A stretch of 63,235 nucleotides of DNA, taken from positions 1-63,235 of the forward strand of contig DASUGO010000103.1 of assembly GCA_036273975.1 (NCBI GenBank). Direction: 5' to 3'. Each line of letters begins with the position of its first letter. Position 1 is the stretch's first letter. Shown piece by piece: positions 9,636-18,102 of the stretch. The position numbers and the translations under genes were made by a program. The stretch comes from Candidatus Krumholzibacteriia bacterium. Its GTDB lineage: Bacteria > Krumholzibacteriota > Krumholzibacteriia > WVZY01 > JAKEHA01. The notes beneath the pieces were generated by a model. It was given only the letters and a program-made list of their open reading frames with translations. It made no database searches and was not told the origin of the DNA.

Positions 9636-10177
9636 CGGGCCACCGCCAGTTCGCGACGATAGCGCGCGAGTACATGCAGCGTCGGCACCAGCAGCGCCGC
9701 GAACAGCGCGGCATTCCATATCATCTGAAGCGCCGCGAACGCAATTCCACCCCACACGTACACCCAGACACTGATCCCGCTCGCGAACGTCACGAACGAC
9801 ACCGCGTTGACAACCGCCTGGTAGAACAGAACCAGCGCCGCGCCGGTGACACCGGAGACCACGGCGGCGAGTCCGCGCCGGCGCATGCCCGCGATCCAGG
9901 GCCCCGCGAGCGCGCCCGCGACACCGACCAGCGCATACGCCCCCCACTGCGCGATCCACACCGGGGGCGCCACCATCCCCATCACGTTGAAAAGCGAGTG
10001 CGCCGCCATGCCGGCGCCGCCGACCACCGCGCCCAGCAGCGGGCCCAGCAGAAACCCCGCGACGAACGCGAGGAACGTGACCAGTTCGACATTGGGAATG
10101 GCGGCCAGCACCTGCCCGGCGACATAGACGAGTGCCGTGAGCAGGGTGGCCAGGAGTACTGCGCGCGTGTTCTTCAT
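9632..10177 (-). CDS. small polytopic membrane protein resembling an ECF-transporter S component / DUF6580-type putative vitamin transporter
   Basis: 181 aa with about six hydrophobic helices, including IPNVELVTFLAFVAGFLLGPLLGAVVGG. No EcfA or EcfT gene lies nearby. It is translationally coupled to the receptor gene downstream. Confidence 0.5.
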   Translation of the reverse strand: MKNTRAVLLATLLTALVYVAGQVLAAIPNVELVTFLAFVAGFLLGPLLGAVVGGAGMAAHSLFNVMGMVAPPVWIAQWGAYALVGVAGALAGPWIAGMRRRGLAAVVSGVTGAALVLFYQAVVNAVSFVTFASGISVWVYVWGGIAFAALQMIWNAALFAALLVPTLHVLARYRRELAVAR

Positions 10178-10213
10178 TGCGGAACAGGCGCGCGGGGCGG
10201 CGCACCGTTGCGC

Positions 10214-10243
10214 GATGCTATCGGGCGCGGGGCGGCAGCGTCA
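10214..10243 (-). promoter_or_regulatory. possible sigma-70-type promoter (TTGACG-N18-TAGCAT) for the S-component/receptor pair
   Basis: Read on the minus strand in the 102-nt gap after the TPR gene. This is a motif match only. Confidence 0.3.
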
Positions 10244-10279
10244 AGCGGGGTTACCGGCGGCGGGCAAATCGCCTGCGGG

Positions 10280-11806
10280 TCAGGAGCCCTCGCCGAGCTT
10301 GTGGACTTTTTCGGCGACGTCGCGGAAGGTGACGTCGACCACGTAGACATCCTCGAAATGAGTCTTGGCGGTGGTCAGGTCCCCGATCATCTCGTAGGCG
10401 AGACCGAGGTTGTACTTCATCCCCAGCGACTCCTCGCTCTCGTTGCCGATCAGCGCGAGTCCCTTGCTGAGCTGCTTGATCGCGAGCTGGGGCTGGTTCT
10501 GACGAACGAAGCACAGGCCGATCATTTCGAGGCACTTCACCTGGAACTGCGGCGAGCGCGACGCGGCCTGATACTCGCGGATCGCCTCCGCGAGGAGGTC
10601 CATTTCCATATACGCCATGCCGAGATCGTAGTGGCTGCGGTAATCGTCTTCGCCCTGCCCGTCGCTCAGTTCGTCGCCGATCAGCGCGGAGATCTGCGTG
10701 TGGTCGCCGGCGGCGGGACGGGCCGCCGCGGGTGCGGCCGGTTTCGCCGCTGGCGCCGCAACCGGTTTCGCGGGTGCCTCCGGCTCCGGCGCCGGGGCTT
10801 CCTGCGTGATGGTCGCGGTCACCGTATCCGGCGCGCTGGCCGCCGGCTGCTGCGCGGACCCGGAGGCGGCGGGCGCAGCGGACGCCACCGTCGCCGGTGC
10901 GGCATCGGCCGGGGGCGTTTCCGCCGCCGCGGCACGTGGCTTCGGCGCCGAGCCACCCACCCCGCGCGCGAGCCGCAACAGGTACTGGTCGCGCGCCGAG
11001 GGTCCCTCGGACACCGGCGCGGGCGCGGGCTGGGCCGGCGCGGCCGCTCCCGGCTGCCCGGGCGGTGCGAAGTGCGGTGTGGACTCGATGTCGATCCGCT
11101 CGCCCTGGCTGTGCGTCTTCGTCCAGATGGTGTCTTCGGTAACCACCGTGCGGTCGCCATTGGAACTCGCGCCCGCCGGACGGGCCCCACGCGCGGCGTC
11201 CAGCTTCGCGGCGATCCCCAGCTTGTCGATTGCGGCGCGCACCGCAATGAGTTCGGGCGAGTCGCTCTTCCCTTCGAGCATCAGGTGCAGGCGGATCAGC
11301 ACGCTGCCCGCTTCGTCGTCAAGATTGAACGACAGCAGGCACTCGGACAGACGGCGCAGAACCGGCACCGAGGCCGGCATCTCCTCGATGATCTCGTCGG
11401 CAACTTTCTTGAACGCCGCGGATTCGAACGCGCCGCCGGCCATCTTGTCGAGAAACGTCAGGTAGTAGGATTCGGCCTCGCGCGCGAGGCCCTGCTTCAT
11501 GCGCACGTTGCCGAGCCGCGTGAACACTTCGACGCGCGCCGGCAACACGCGGATCACTTTCTTCGCCACCGCCACCGCGTTATTGTAAAGCCCGACGCGC
11601 GTGTACTCTTCGATGGCGCGCACGAAACTGTCGTACGCTTCCGCCTTCTGACCCGTCTTGAGGTAGACGTCGGCCAGTTCATTGTGGACGTTGGGATTGG
11701 ACTGATCGATCTCGACCAGGCGGCGGTATTCCTTGATCGCGCCCGGCCAGTCCTGCTGGCGGACAAGATCCATCGCCTTCTTGCGGATGATCGTTGCCTT
11801 GCTCAC
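10280..11806 (-). CDS. TPR-repeat protein with a long Ala/Pro-rich linker
   Basis: 508 aa. TPR-like helices occur at both ends (WPGAIKEYRRLVEIDQSNPNVHNELADVYLKTGQ; YRSHYDLGMAYMEMDLLAEAIREYQ). They are separated by a low-complexity stretch of roughly 150 aa (PAPAP / AAPAAKPAAPAAA). Confidence 0.75.
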   Translation of the reverse strand: MSKATIIRKKAMDLVRQQDWPGAIKEYRRLVEIDQSNPNVHNELADVYLKTGQKAEAYDSFVRAIEEYTRVGLYNNAVAVAKKVIRVLPARVEVFTRLGNVRMKQGLAREAESYYLTFLDKMAGGAFESAAFKKVADEIIEEMPASVPVLRRLSECLLSFNLDDEAGSVLIRLHLMLEGKSDSPELIAVRAAIDKLGIAAKLDAARGARPAGASSNGDRTVVTEDTIWTKTHSQGERIDIESTPHFAPPGQPGAAAPAQPAPAPVSEGPSARDQYLLRLARGVGGSAPKPRAAAAETPPADAAPATVASAAPAASGSAQQPAASAPDTVTATITQEAPAPEPEAPAKPVAAPAAKPAAPAAARPAAGDHTQISALIGDELSDGQGEDDYRSHYDLGMAYMEMDLLAEAIREYQAASRSPQFQVKCLEMIGLCFVRQNQPQLAIKQLSKGLALIGNESEESLGMKYNLGLAYEMIGDLTTAKTHFEDVYVVDVTFRDVAEKVHKLGEGS

Positions 11807-11822
11807 GTCGTTCCCTGCCTCA

Positions 11823-13109
11823 TCATTCCGCCGCGCCGGCGCCGCGCTGCCACGGTTCGCCCGCGATGAAAACCATCTCCACCGGATTCACGCCAAAGTG
11901 GTTCGGCACTTCCCGGTAGTCCTCGCAGTTCAAGAGCAGGAAGTCGGCCCGCTTGCCCGGCTCCAGGCTGCCCGCCTCGTGGTCCCTGCCCAGGACGCAC
12001 GCCGCGTTGATCGTCGCCATCGTGATGGCCTCGGCCGGACTCAGGCGCATGTGCGAGCACGCGATCGAGGTCATCATCGGCATCGACTCGCTGGTCGAAC
12101 TGCCGGGGTTGAAATCGCTCGCGATTGCCAGGCGCATGCCGGCCTCGACCATCCGCCGTGCCGGCGCGAACGCGAGCGACGGCAGCCCGAAACTGGTTCC
12201 GGGCAGCAGGACCCCGAATGTCCCCGCGCTGGCCATGCGTGCGATTCCTCTGTCACTGATCTTTTTCAGGTGGTCGGCCGAAACCGCGCCGATGTCCGCG
12301 GCGAGTTCCGCGGCGCCCATATCGGTCAATTCGTCGGCGTGGAGCCTGGCCTTCAGTCCAGCCCGCTGCCCGGCCCGCAAGATTCGTTCCGTTTCCTCGA
12401 GGGTAAAGACCCCGCTCTCGCAGAAGACGTCGTTGAACTCGGCCAGCCCGGCGGCCACAACCGCGGGGATCATCTCTTCGACCAGCAGATCCACGTAGGC
12501 GGCACGCGTGCGGGCGTGTTCACGCGGGATCGCGTGCCCGCCCAGAAACGTCGCCACCACGGTCACGGGGAACGTGTCGGCGAGGTGCCGGATCACGCGC
12601 AGCTGCTTCATCTCATTGTCGAGGTCAAGCCCATAACCGCTTTTTATTTCAATCGTTGTGGTGCCGTGTGCGATGCACCCGGCAAGACGTTCCCGGCTGA
12701 TGCGGGCGAGGTCCGCTTCGTTTGTGGCACGGATATGCTCAACGCTTTTTGCGATCCCGCCACCGCGGGCGGCAATCGCTTCATAAGGCGTGCCGCCAAT
12801 CCGCCATTCGTACTCGTCCAGCCGGTAGCGCGCAAAAACCGTGTGGGTATGGCAGTCGACGAAGCCCGGCATCACCACCCGGCCCCGCGCGTCGACTTCC
12901 CGGCAGCCGGGTGCGGGGTTCACCGCGGCCAGCACCTCATCCCGGCCACCGGTGGCCACAATCCGCCCACCCGCGGCCGCAAGGCAGCCACCGGCCACGA
13001 TCCCGAGGTCGGACAGCGCCGGGCCGATACGCGCCCCCCCGCCAGGCCGGGCCAGGGTGAGCAACTGGGATGCTCCGGTGACGATCAGATCGGCCGCGAC
13101 CCGCGCCAC
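11823..13109 (-). CDS. hutI: imidazolonepropionase
   Basis: The track ORF extends to 13337, but GTG at 13109 lies 3 nt after the hutU stop. Motifs: PGFVDCHTHTVF, TTIEIKSGYGL, HADELT. Confidence 0.88.
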   Translation of the reverse strand: MARVAADLIVTGASQLLTLARPGGGARIGPALSDLGIVAGGCLAAAGGRIVATGGRDEVLAAVNPAPGCREVDARGRVVMPGFVDCHTHTVFARYRLDEYEWRIGGTPYEAIAARGGGIAKSVEHIRATNEADLARISRERLAGCIAHGTTTIEIKSGYGLDLDNEMKQLRVIRHLADTFPVTVVATFLGGHAIPREHARTRAAYVDLLVEEMIPAVVAAGLAEFNDVFCESGVFTLEETERILRAGQRAGLKARLHADELTDMGAAELAADIGAVSADHLKKISDRGIARMASAGTFGVLLPGTSFGLPSLAFAPARRMVEAGMRLAIASDFNPGSSTSESMPMMTSIACSHMRLSPAEAITMATINAACVLGRDHEAGSLEPGKRADFLLLNCEDYREVPNHFGVNPVEMVFIAGEPWQRGAGAAE

Positions 13110-13111
13110 GG

Positions 13112-14776
13112 CTAGCGGTCCTTCCGCATCGGGATGTGGACGCCATCGCGCGCCGCCGCGTCGATCGCAATCGGGTAGCCGGCGTCGGCGTGACGCGCGA
13201 TTCCCATGCCCGGGTCGCCGGTGAGACAGCGCACCGCCTTGCGGCCCGCCTCGGGCGTGCCATCCACGACGACCGCGAGGCCGGAGTGAATCGACAGGCC
13301 CATCCCGACGCCGCCGCCGTGGTGGACCGACACCCACGCGGCGCCGTTGACCGCGTTCAGGAGCGCGTCGAGTATCGGCCAGTCCGCCACCGCGTCGCTG
13401 CCGTCCAGCATCGCCTCGGTTTCGCGGTACGGGCTCGCGACCGAACCGCTGTCGAGGTGGTCACGCCCGATCACGACCGGTGCCGAGACGGTTCCCTTCG
13501 CAATCAGATCGTTGAGGCGTTCGCCGAAGCGTGCGCGCTCGCCGTACTTGAGCCAGCAGATGCGCGCGGGCAGGCCCTGAAACGCGACGCGTTCCTTCGC
13601 GAGCGACATCCAGCGCGCGAGCGACGGCTTGTCCGGGAAGAGTTCGAGGATGAGGTCGTCGGTCGCGGCGATGTCGCGCGGATCACCCGACAGCGCAATC
13701 CAGCGGAACGGACCGTACCCCTCGCAGAACAGCGGCCGGATGTAGGCCGGCACGAAACCGGGAAACGCAAACGCATCCGCGTAGCCCGCCGACTGCGCCT
13801 GGCCGCGGATGTTGTTGCCGTAGTCGAACACGCGCGCGCCGGCGCCCATGAATCCCACCATCGCGCGCACATGCTCGACCATGGAGCCCATCGCGCGCTC
13901 CACGTATGCCGCCGGATCTTTCCGGCGCAGTTCGAGCGCCGCGGCCAGCGTCATGCCGGCCGGCACGTAGCCGTTGAGCGGGTCGTGCGCGGAGGTCTGG
14001 TCGGTAACGACGTCGATATCGACGCCGCGCCGGAGCAGTTCCGGAAATATCTCGGCCGCGTTGCCAACCAGACCGATCGACAACGCACGGCCGGTGCGCT
14101 TCGCCTCCAGCGCCTGCGCCACGGCGTCGTCGATGTCATCGAGCATCACGTCGAGATAACGCGTCTCGAGACGCTTCTGGATCCGCGCCGGATCCACCTC
14201 GACCGCGATGCACACGCCCTCGTTCATCGTCACCGCCAGCGGCTGCGCGCCACCCATCCCGCCGAGGCCGCCGGTGAGCACCAGCCGGTTCTTCAGCGAT
14301 CCGCCGAACTCCTTCTGCGCGCAGGCGGCAAACGTCTCGTAGGTTCCCTGCAGGATGCCCTGCGTCCCGATGTACATCCAGCTGCCGGCCGTCATCTGGC
14401 CGTACATCATCAGCCCCTTGCCCTCGAGTTCCCAGAAGTGCTCCCACGTGGCCCACTTCGGCACCAGCAGCGAGTTGGCAATCAGCACGCGCGGCGCGCC
14501 CGGGTGGGTCGGAAACACGGCCACCGGCTTGCCGGACTGTACGAGCAGCGTTTCGTCGTCGCCGAGACGCCGCAGCGTCGCCACGATGGCATGAAACGCA
14601 TCCCAGTTGCGCGCGGCCTTGCCGCGCCCGCCGTACACGATCAGGTTCTTCGGATCTTCCGCCACCTCGTTGTCGAGGTTGTTGCACAACATGCGCAGCG
14701 CCGCCTCCTGCGCCCAGCCGCGACAGGAACGTTCGCGGCCACGCGGCGCGCGGATGCTGCCGGGTTTGAATTCCAT
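13112..14776 (-). CDS. hutU: urocanate hydratase
   Basis: 554 aa; [38 protein letters not shown] and GMGGAQPLA are typical urocanase sequences. Confidence 0.95.
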   Translation of the reverse strand: MEFKPGSIRAPRGRERSCRGWAQEAALRMLCNNLDNEVAEDPKNLIVYGGRGKAARNWDAFHAIVATLRRLGDDETLLVQSGKPVAVFPTHPGAPRVLIANSLLVPKWATWEHFWELEGKGLMMYGQMTAGSWMYIGTQGILQGTYETFAACAQKEFGGSLKNRLVLTGGLGGMGGAQPLAVTMNEGVCIAVEVDPARIQKRLETRYLDVMLDDIDDAVAQALEAKRTGRALSIGLVGNAAEIFPELLRRGVDIDVVTDQTSAHDPLNGYVPAGMTLAAALELRRKDPAAYVERAMGSMVEHVRAMVGFMGAGARVFDYGNNIRGQAQSAGYADAFAFPGFVPAYIRPLFCEGYGPFRWIALSGDPRDIAATDDLILELFPDKPSLARWMSLAKERVAFQGLPARICWLKYGERARFGERLNDLIAKGTVSAPVVIGRDHLDSGSVASPYRETEAMLDGSDAVADWPILDALLNAVNGAAWVSVHHGGGVGMGLSIHSGLAVVVDGTPEAGRKAVRCLTGDPGMGIARHADAGYPIAIDAAARDGVHIPMRKDR

Positions 14777-14790
14777 GCGTCCTCCCGTGG

Positions 14791-16341
14791 TCAGGGCTGT
14801 CCGGGGTCCGCGGGCAGGATGTCGCCCACCGCGGCCTCGACCGCGCGCACAATCTCGCCCGACTGCGCGCGCGCTTCCAGTGATGCAATATGTCCCGCGA
14901 GCACGGCGTCACGCTCGAGGAACGGTACCGTCTCGCGCACCGCGTCGCGCGCGGCCGCGCCACCGCGCCCGGGCAGCAGCGGCCGATGGAAGTCGACCGC
15001 CTGCGCACCGCACAGCAGTTCGACCGCCACGACGCGCGCCACATTGTCCAGCACGCGCGTCACCTTCAGCGCGCCGATGCTCCCCATGCTGACGTGATCC
15101 TCGAAGCCGAGCGACGTCGGGATGCTGTCCACCGACGCCGGGTGCGCGTGGATCTTGTTCTCGCTCACCAGCGCGGCGGCGAGGTACTGCGCGATCATGA
15201 AACCGGAGTTGAGGCCGGGCTCGGCGATGAGACAGCGCGGGACGCGCTCCCCGTCCCCCTCCATCAACTTGTCCACCCGCCGCTCGGCGATGGATGCGAT
15301 CTCGCTCGCGGCAATCGCCAGGGCGTCGAGCGCGAACGCCATGTGCTCGCCGTGGAAATTCCCGCCCGAGAGCACGTCGCCATCGTCCGGAAACACAATC
15401 GGGTTGTCCGTCACCGCGTTGATCTCGCGTGTCACCCACGTCTCGATCCACGCCGCCATGTCGAGCACGGCCCCCAGCACCTGCGGGATGCAGCGGAACG
15501 AATACGGATCCTGCACGCGGTCGCAGTCCCGGTGCGCCTGCATGATCGCGCTGCCCGCGAGCAGACGCCGGAAGCCGGCCGCCACCGCGATCTGGCCCGG
15601 GTGCGGCTTGAGCGCGTGCAGACGCGCGTCGAAGACGCGGTCGGTGGCCTGATAGCCATCGATCGACATCGCGGCCGCCGCCATGGCGGTCTTCAGCAGC
15701 ATGCGCGTACGCACCAGTTCGCGCGCCGCCACGGCACTCATCAGCTGCGTGCCGTTGATCAGCGCGAGTCCCTCCTTGGGGCGCAATTCCAGCGGCGCGA
15801 GTCCCGCGGCCGCGAGCGCGTCGGCGGCCGGCATGCTCTTGCCGCCGAACGTGACGCGGCCCTCGCCGATGATCGCGAGCGACAGGTGCGCGAGGGGCGC
15901 GAGATCGCCGCTCGCACCCACCGAGCCGTACGATGGCACCTCGGGCGTGATACCGAGGTTCACGAATTCCACGAGGCGCGTGACCAGCGCCACCGACACG
16001 CCCGACTGCCCCACCAGCAGCGAATTGGCGCGCAGCAGCATCATCAGGCGGACGGTTGCCACATCCAACAGCGGCCCGGCGCCGGCCGAATGACTGCGCA
16101 GCAGATTCCGCTGCAGCGTCACCGCGTCCTCGGCGCTGACCCGCGTCCGGGCAAACTTGCCGAACCCGGTGTTGATTCCGTAATGCGGGGTCGCGTCGCC
16201 GGCGAGGTGGTCGCAGAATGCCGCGCAGCGCTCCACGCGCTCCAGCGCGCCGCGGCTGGCGGCAACCCGGACCCCGCCCGCGAGAAAGCGGGCGACGTCG
16301 GCGAGCGTCAGAGTATGGCCATCGAGTGTAAGGGTTTGCAT
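14791..16341 (-). CDS. hutH: histidine ammonia-lyase
   Basis: 516 aa with the MIO-forming motif [15 protein letters not shown]. hutU and hutI follow it. Confidence 0.95.
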   Translation of the reverse strand: MQTLTLDGHTLTLADVARFLAGGVRVAASRGALERVERCAAFCDHLAGDATPHYGINTGFGKFARTRVSAEDAVTLQRNLLRSHSAGAGPLLDVATVRLMMLLRANSLLVGQSGVSVALVTRLVEFVNLGITPEVPSYGSVGASGDLAPLAHLSLAIIGEGRVTFGGKSMPAADALAAAGLAPLELRPKEGLALINGTQLMSAVAARELVRTRMLLKTAMAAAAMSIDGYQATDRVFDARLHALKPHPGQIAVAAGFRRLLAGSAIMQAHRDCDRVQDPYSFRCIPQVLGAVLDMAAWIETWVTREINAVTDNPIVFPDDGDVLSGGNFHGEHMAFALDALAIAASEIASIAERRVDKLMEGDGERVPRCLIAEPGLNSGFMIAQYLAAALVSENKIHAHPASVDSIPTSLGFEDHVSMGSIGALKVTRVLDNVARVVAVELLCGAQAVDFHRPLLPGRGGAAARDAVRETVPFLERDAVLAGHIASLEARAQSGEIVRAVEAAVGDILPADPGQP

Positions 16342-16362
16342 AGCCGGATCATGCTAGCACCT

Positions 16363-18102
16363 TTAGAAGTTCTGCTCCAGCAACACATGCACCTTGGTGG
16401 CCTGCAGCGAGACCTCATCGCTGACCGCGAAACTCAGGTCGATCCGGCCCAGACGCGACACGCTGCGCACGCCGAAGCCGAATCCGGCGAGCCCGCTGCC
16501 ATGCTCGCTCACTGCGCCGGCCTCGTTCATGGTTTCCTGCAGCACATAACCAACATCGCTGAACAGGTACAGGCCCTCGCGCGCGGTGCGGCCGAGCCGC
16601 AATTCGTTGCGTGCGTAGCCGATGCGGCGCCCGTGGAACTGGTTTTCGCGGTAGCCGCGCACGGTGCGCGCGCCGCCGATGTAGAACTGCTCCGACAGCG
16701 GCAGCGAGGCTTCACCACTCTCGAGCGTCTGCACCGCGCCCAGCAGGCTGTAGTGCAACGACCAGAATGCCGGTGCAAGCGCCTCCGCGGTGCCCTCGTA
16801 GATGGTCTGGCTCACGCTGCCGGGGCCGGTGCTGCCCTCGCGGTACGCGACGTCCTTGCTCGCGAGCGAGCCCGCGGCGCCCAGGCGGACATACGCGGCG
16901 CGGCGCTCACTGCCCCACTGCGCGGACACGCCCACCCGCCCCCGGACGCGCGTGGATCGCAACAGACTGCCGGTGCTGAACACGTTGCGGTCGACAAACG
17001 CGCCCAGCGACGCCGACGTCAGCGTGCCGGCCACGCGTCCGAAGCCGCGCTCCGCCTCGACGCCGAGCGACTGCCAGGTGTAGAGCGTGTCCTGCCCGGT
17101 CTGCTGGAGTTGAATCCCGAGTGCCAGCCGCCGCCCCAGAAACAGGCGGTCGTGGTAGCGGATCCGGGTATCGCTGCGGCCGTTGCCATCGTTGTTCCAC
17201 GACGCGCCGAAGTCCTTCAGCGTGCCGCCGATGTTGTTGAGTTCCAGCTGCGCGAGACCGCTGAGCACACGGTCCTGCGATCCTTCGGACGATGCGTAGC
17301 CGAGGGCCGCAACAAACGCGTGCGAGCGCGGCGACTCGCTGACCTTGACCACCGCGTCCACGCCACGGCCATCGCTCGCGACGCGCACCGTCGGGAACTC
17401 CACGTCGTCGAACACCCGGCTGCCCACGAGGCGCAGGTACATGTCCTCGAGTATCTGTGCGCGGTACGGCACACCCGGCTCGACACCCGCGATACGCAGC
17501 GCGAGTTCGGGACGCGTCTTCTTGAGTCCCTCGACCACGACGCCGGTAATTTCGCGCGCGTTGCCCTCCACCAGATACAGCGAGATGTTGACCTGGTTGG
17601 CCTCGGTGTCGAATCCGATGCTGTCCACCCACACCTGCGCGAACGGATACCCCGCCTGATCGTAGCCGGCCAGCAGGTCGCGCATACGCGACTCGAGTTC
17701 GTCGGGCACGAAACGGCTCCCGGGACTCAGCCCGAGCGCCTCGATGACCTCCGCCTCCGGACGCGACACCGCGCCGCCGATTCCCACGCTGCCAACGCGG
17801 GCCTGCTCTCCTTCGGTCACGAGCACCGCGTACGACGAATCCGCCGCCTGCTGGACGTCGAACGCGACCGACAGGTACCCGGCGCGCAGGTACGCCTCGC
17901 GCAGCGCGTCGATGCCCGTGGGCGCCGGGAAGCCGTTGGCGCGCAGCACCGCGGCCGCGCGCTCGGTGCTCACCACGCGCGTGCCGATTACGCGCACGCG
18001 TGCCGCAGCCGCGCGCGCCACGGCATCCGCAGCCAGCACGCACACGACGACCACCGCCGCGAGGGCAAATCTCCGCAGATATCGCCGGCTCCTGCACCGC
18101 AT
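16363..18102 (-). CDS. Omp85-family outer-membrane protein (POTRA repeats + 16-strand barrel), TamA/BamA-like
   Basis: 579 aa. It has a signal-anchor-like N-terminus, POTRA-like repeats (VVVEGLKKTRPELALRIAGVEPGVPY), the barrel motif FYIGGARTVRGYRENQF, and the C-terminal beta-signal ...VHVLLEQNF. The start overlaps the upstream stop as TGATG (18100-18104). Confidence 0.8.
   Translation of the reverse strand: MRCRSRRYLRRFALAAVVVVCVLAADAVARAAAARVRVIGTRVVSTERAAAVLRANGFPAPTGIDALREAYLRAGYLSVAFDVQQAADSSYAVLVTEGEQARVGSVGIGGAVSRPEAEVIEALGLSPGSRFVPDELESRMRDLLAGYDQAGYPFAQVWVDSIGFDTEANQVNISLYLVEGNAREITGVVVEGLKKTRPELALRIAGVEPGVPYRAQILEDMYLRLVGSRVFDDVEFPTVRVASDGRGVDAVVKVSESPRSHAFVAALGYASSEGSQDRVLSGLAQLELNNIGGTLKDFGASWNNDGNGRSDTRIRYHDRLFLGRRLALGIQLQQTGQDTLYTWQSLGVEAERGFGRVAGTLTSASLGAFVDRNVFSTGSLLRSTRVRGRVGVSAQWGSERRAAYVRLGAAGSLASKDVAYREGSTGPGSVSQTIYEGTAEALAPAFWSLHYSLLGAVQTLESGEASLPLSEQFYIGGARTVRGYRENQFHGRRIGYARNELRLGRTAREGLYLFSDVGYVLQETMNEAGAVSEHGSGLAGFGFGVRSVSRLGRIDLSFAVSDEVSLQATKVHVLLEQNF

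Noticed and set aside
7794-10205. 803-aa minus-strand ORF taken as a single gene
   Set aside because: Its N-terminal ~190 aa overlap, in another frame, the well-formed 181-aa membrane protein. They read as Arg/Gly-rich nonsense. The internal ATG at 9635 gives a proper signal peptide and an ATGA coupling junction.
10178-10279. Cobalamin (or other vitamin) riboswitch upstream of the S-component/receptor pair
   Set aside because: The gap is only about 100 nt. I see no B12-box-like element and no multi-stem architecture, only one short GCGCA/TGCGC hairpin.
9626-11869. 747-aa plus-strand ORF
   Set aside because: It is antisense to the S-component-like gene and the TPR gene. The Arg/Gly-rich product is non-credible.
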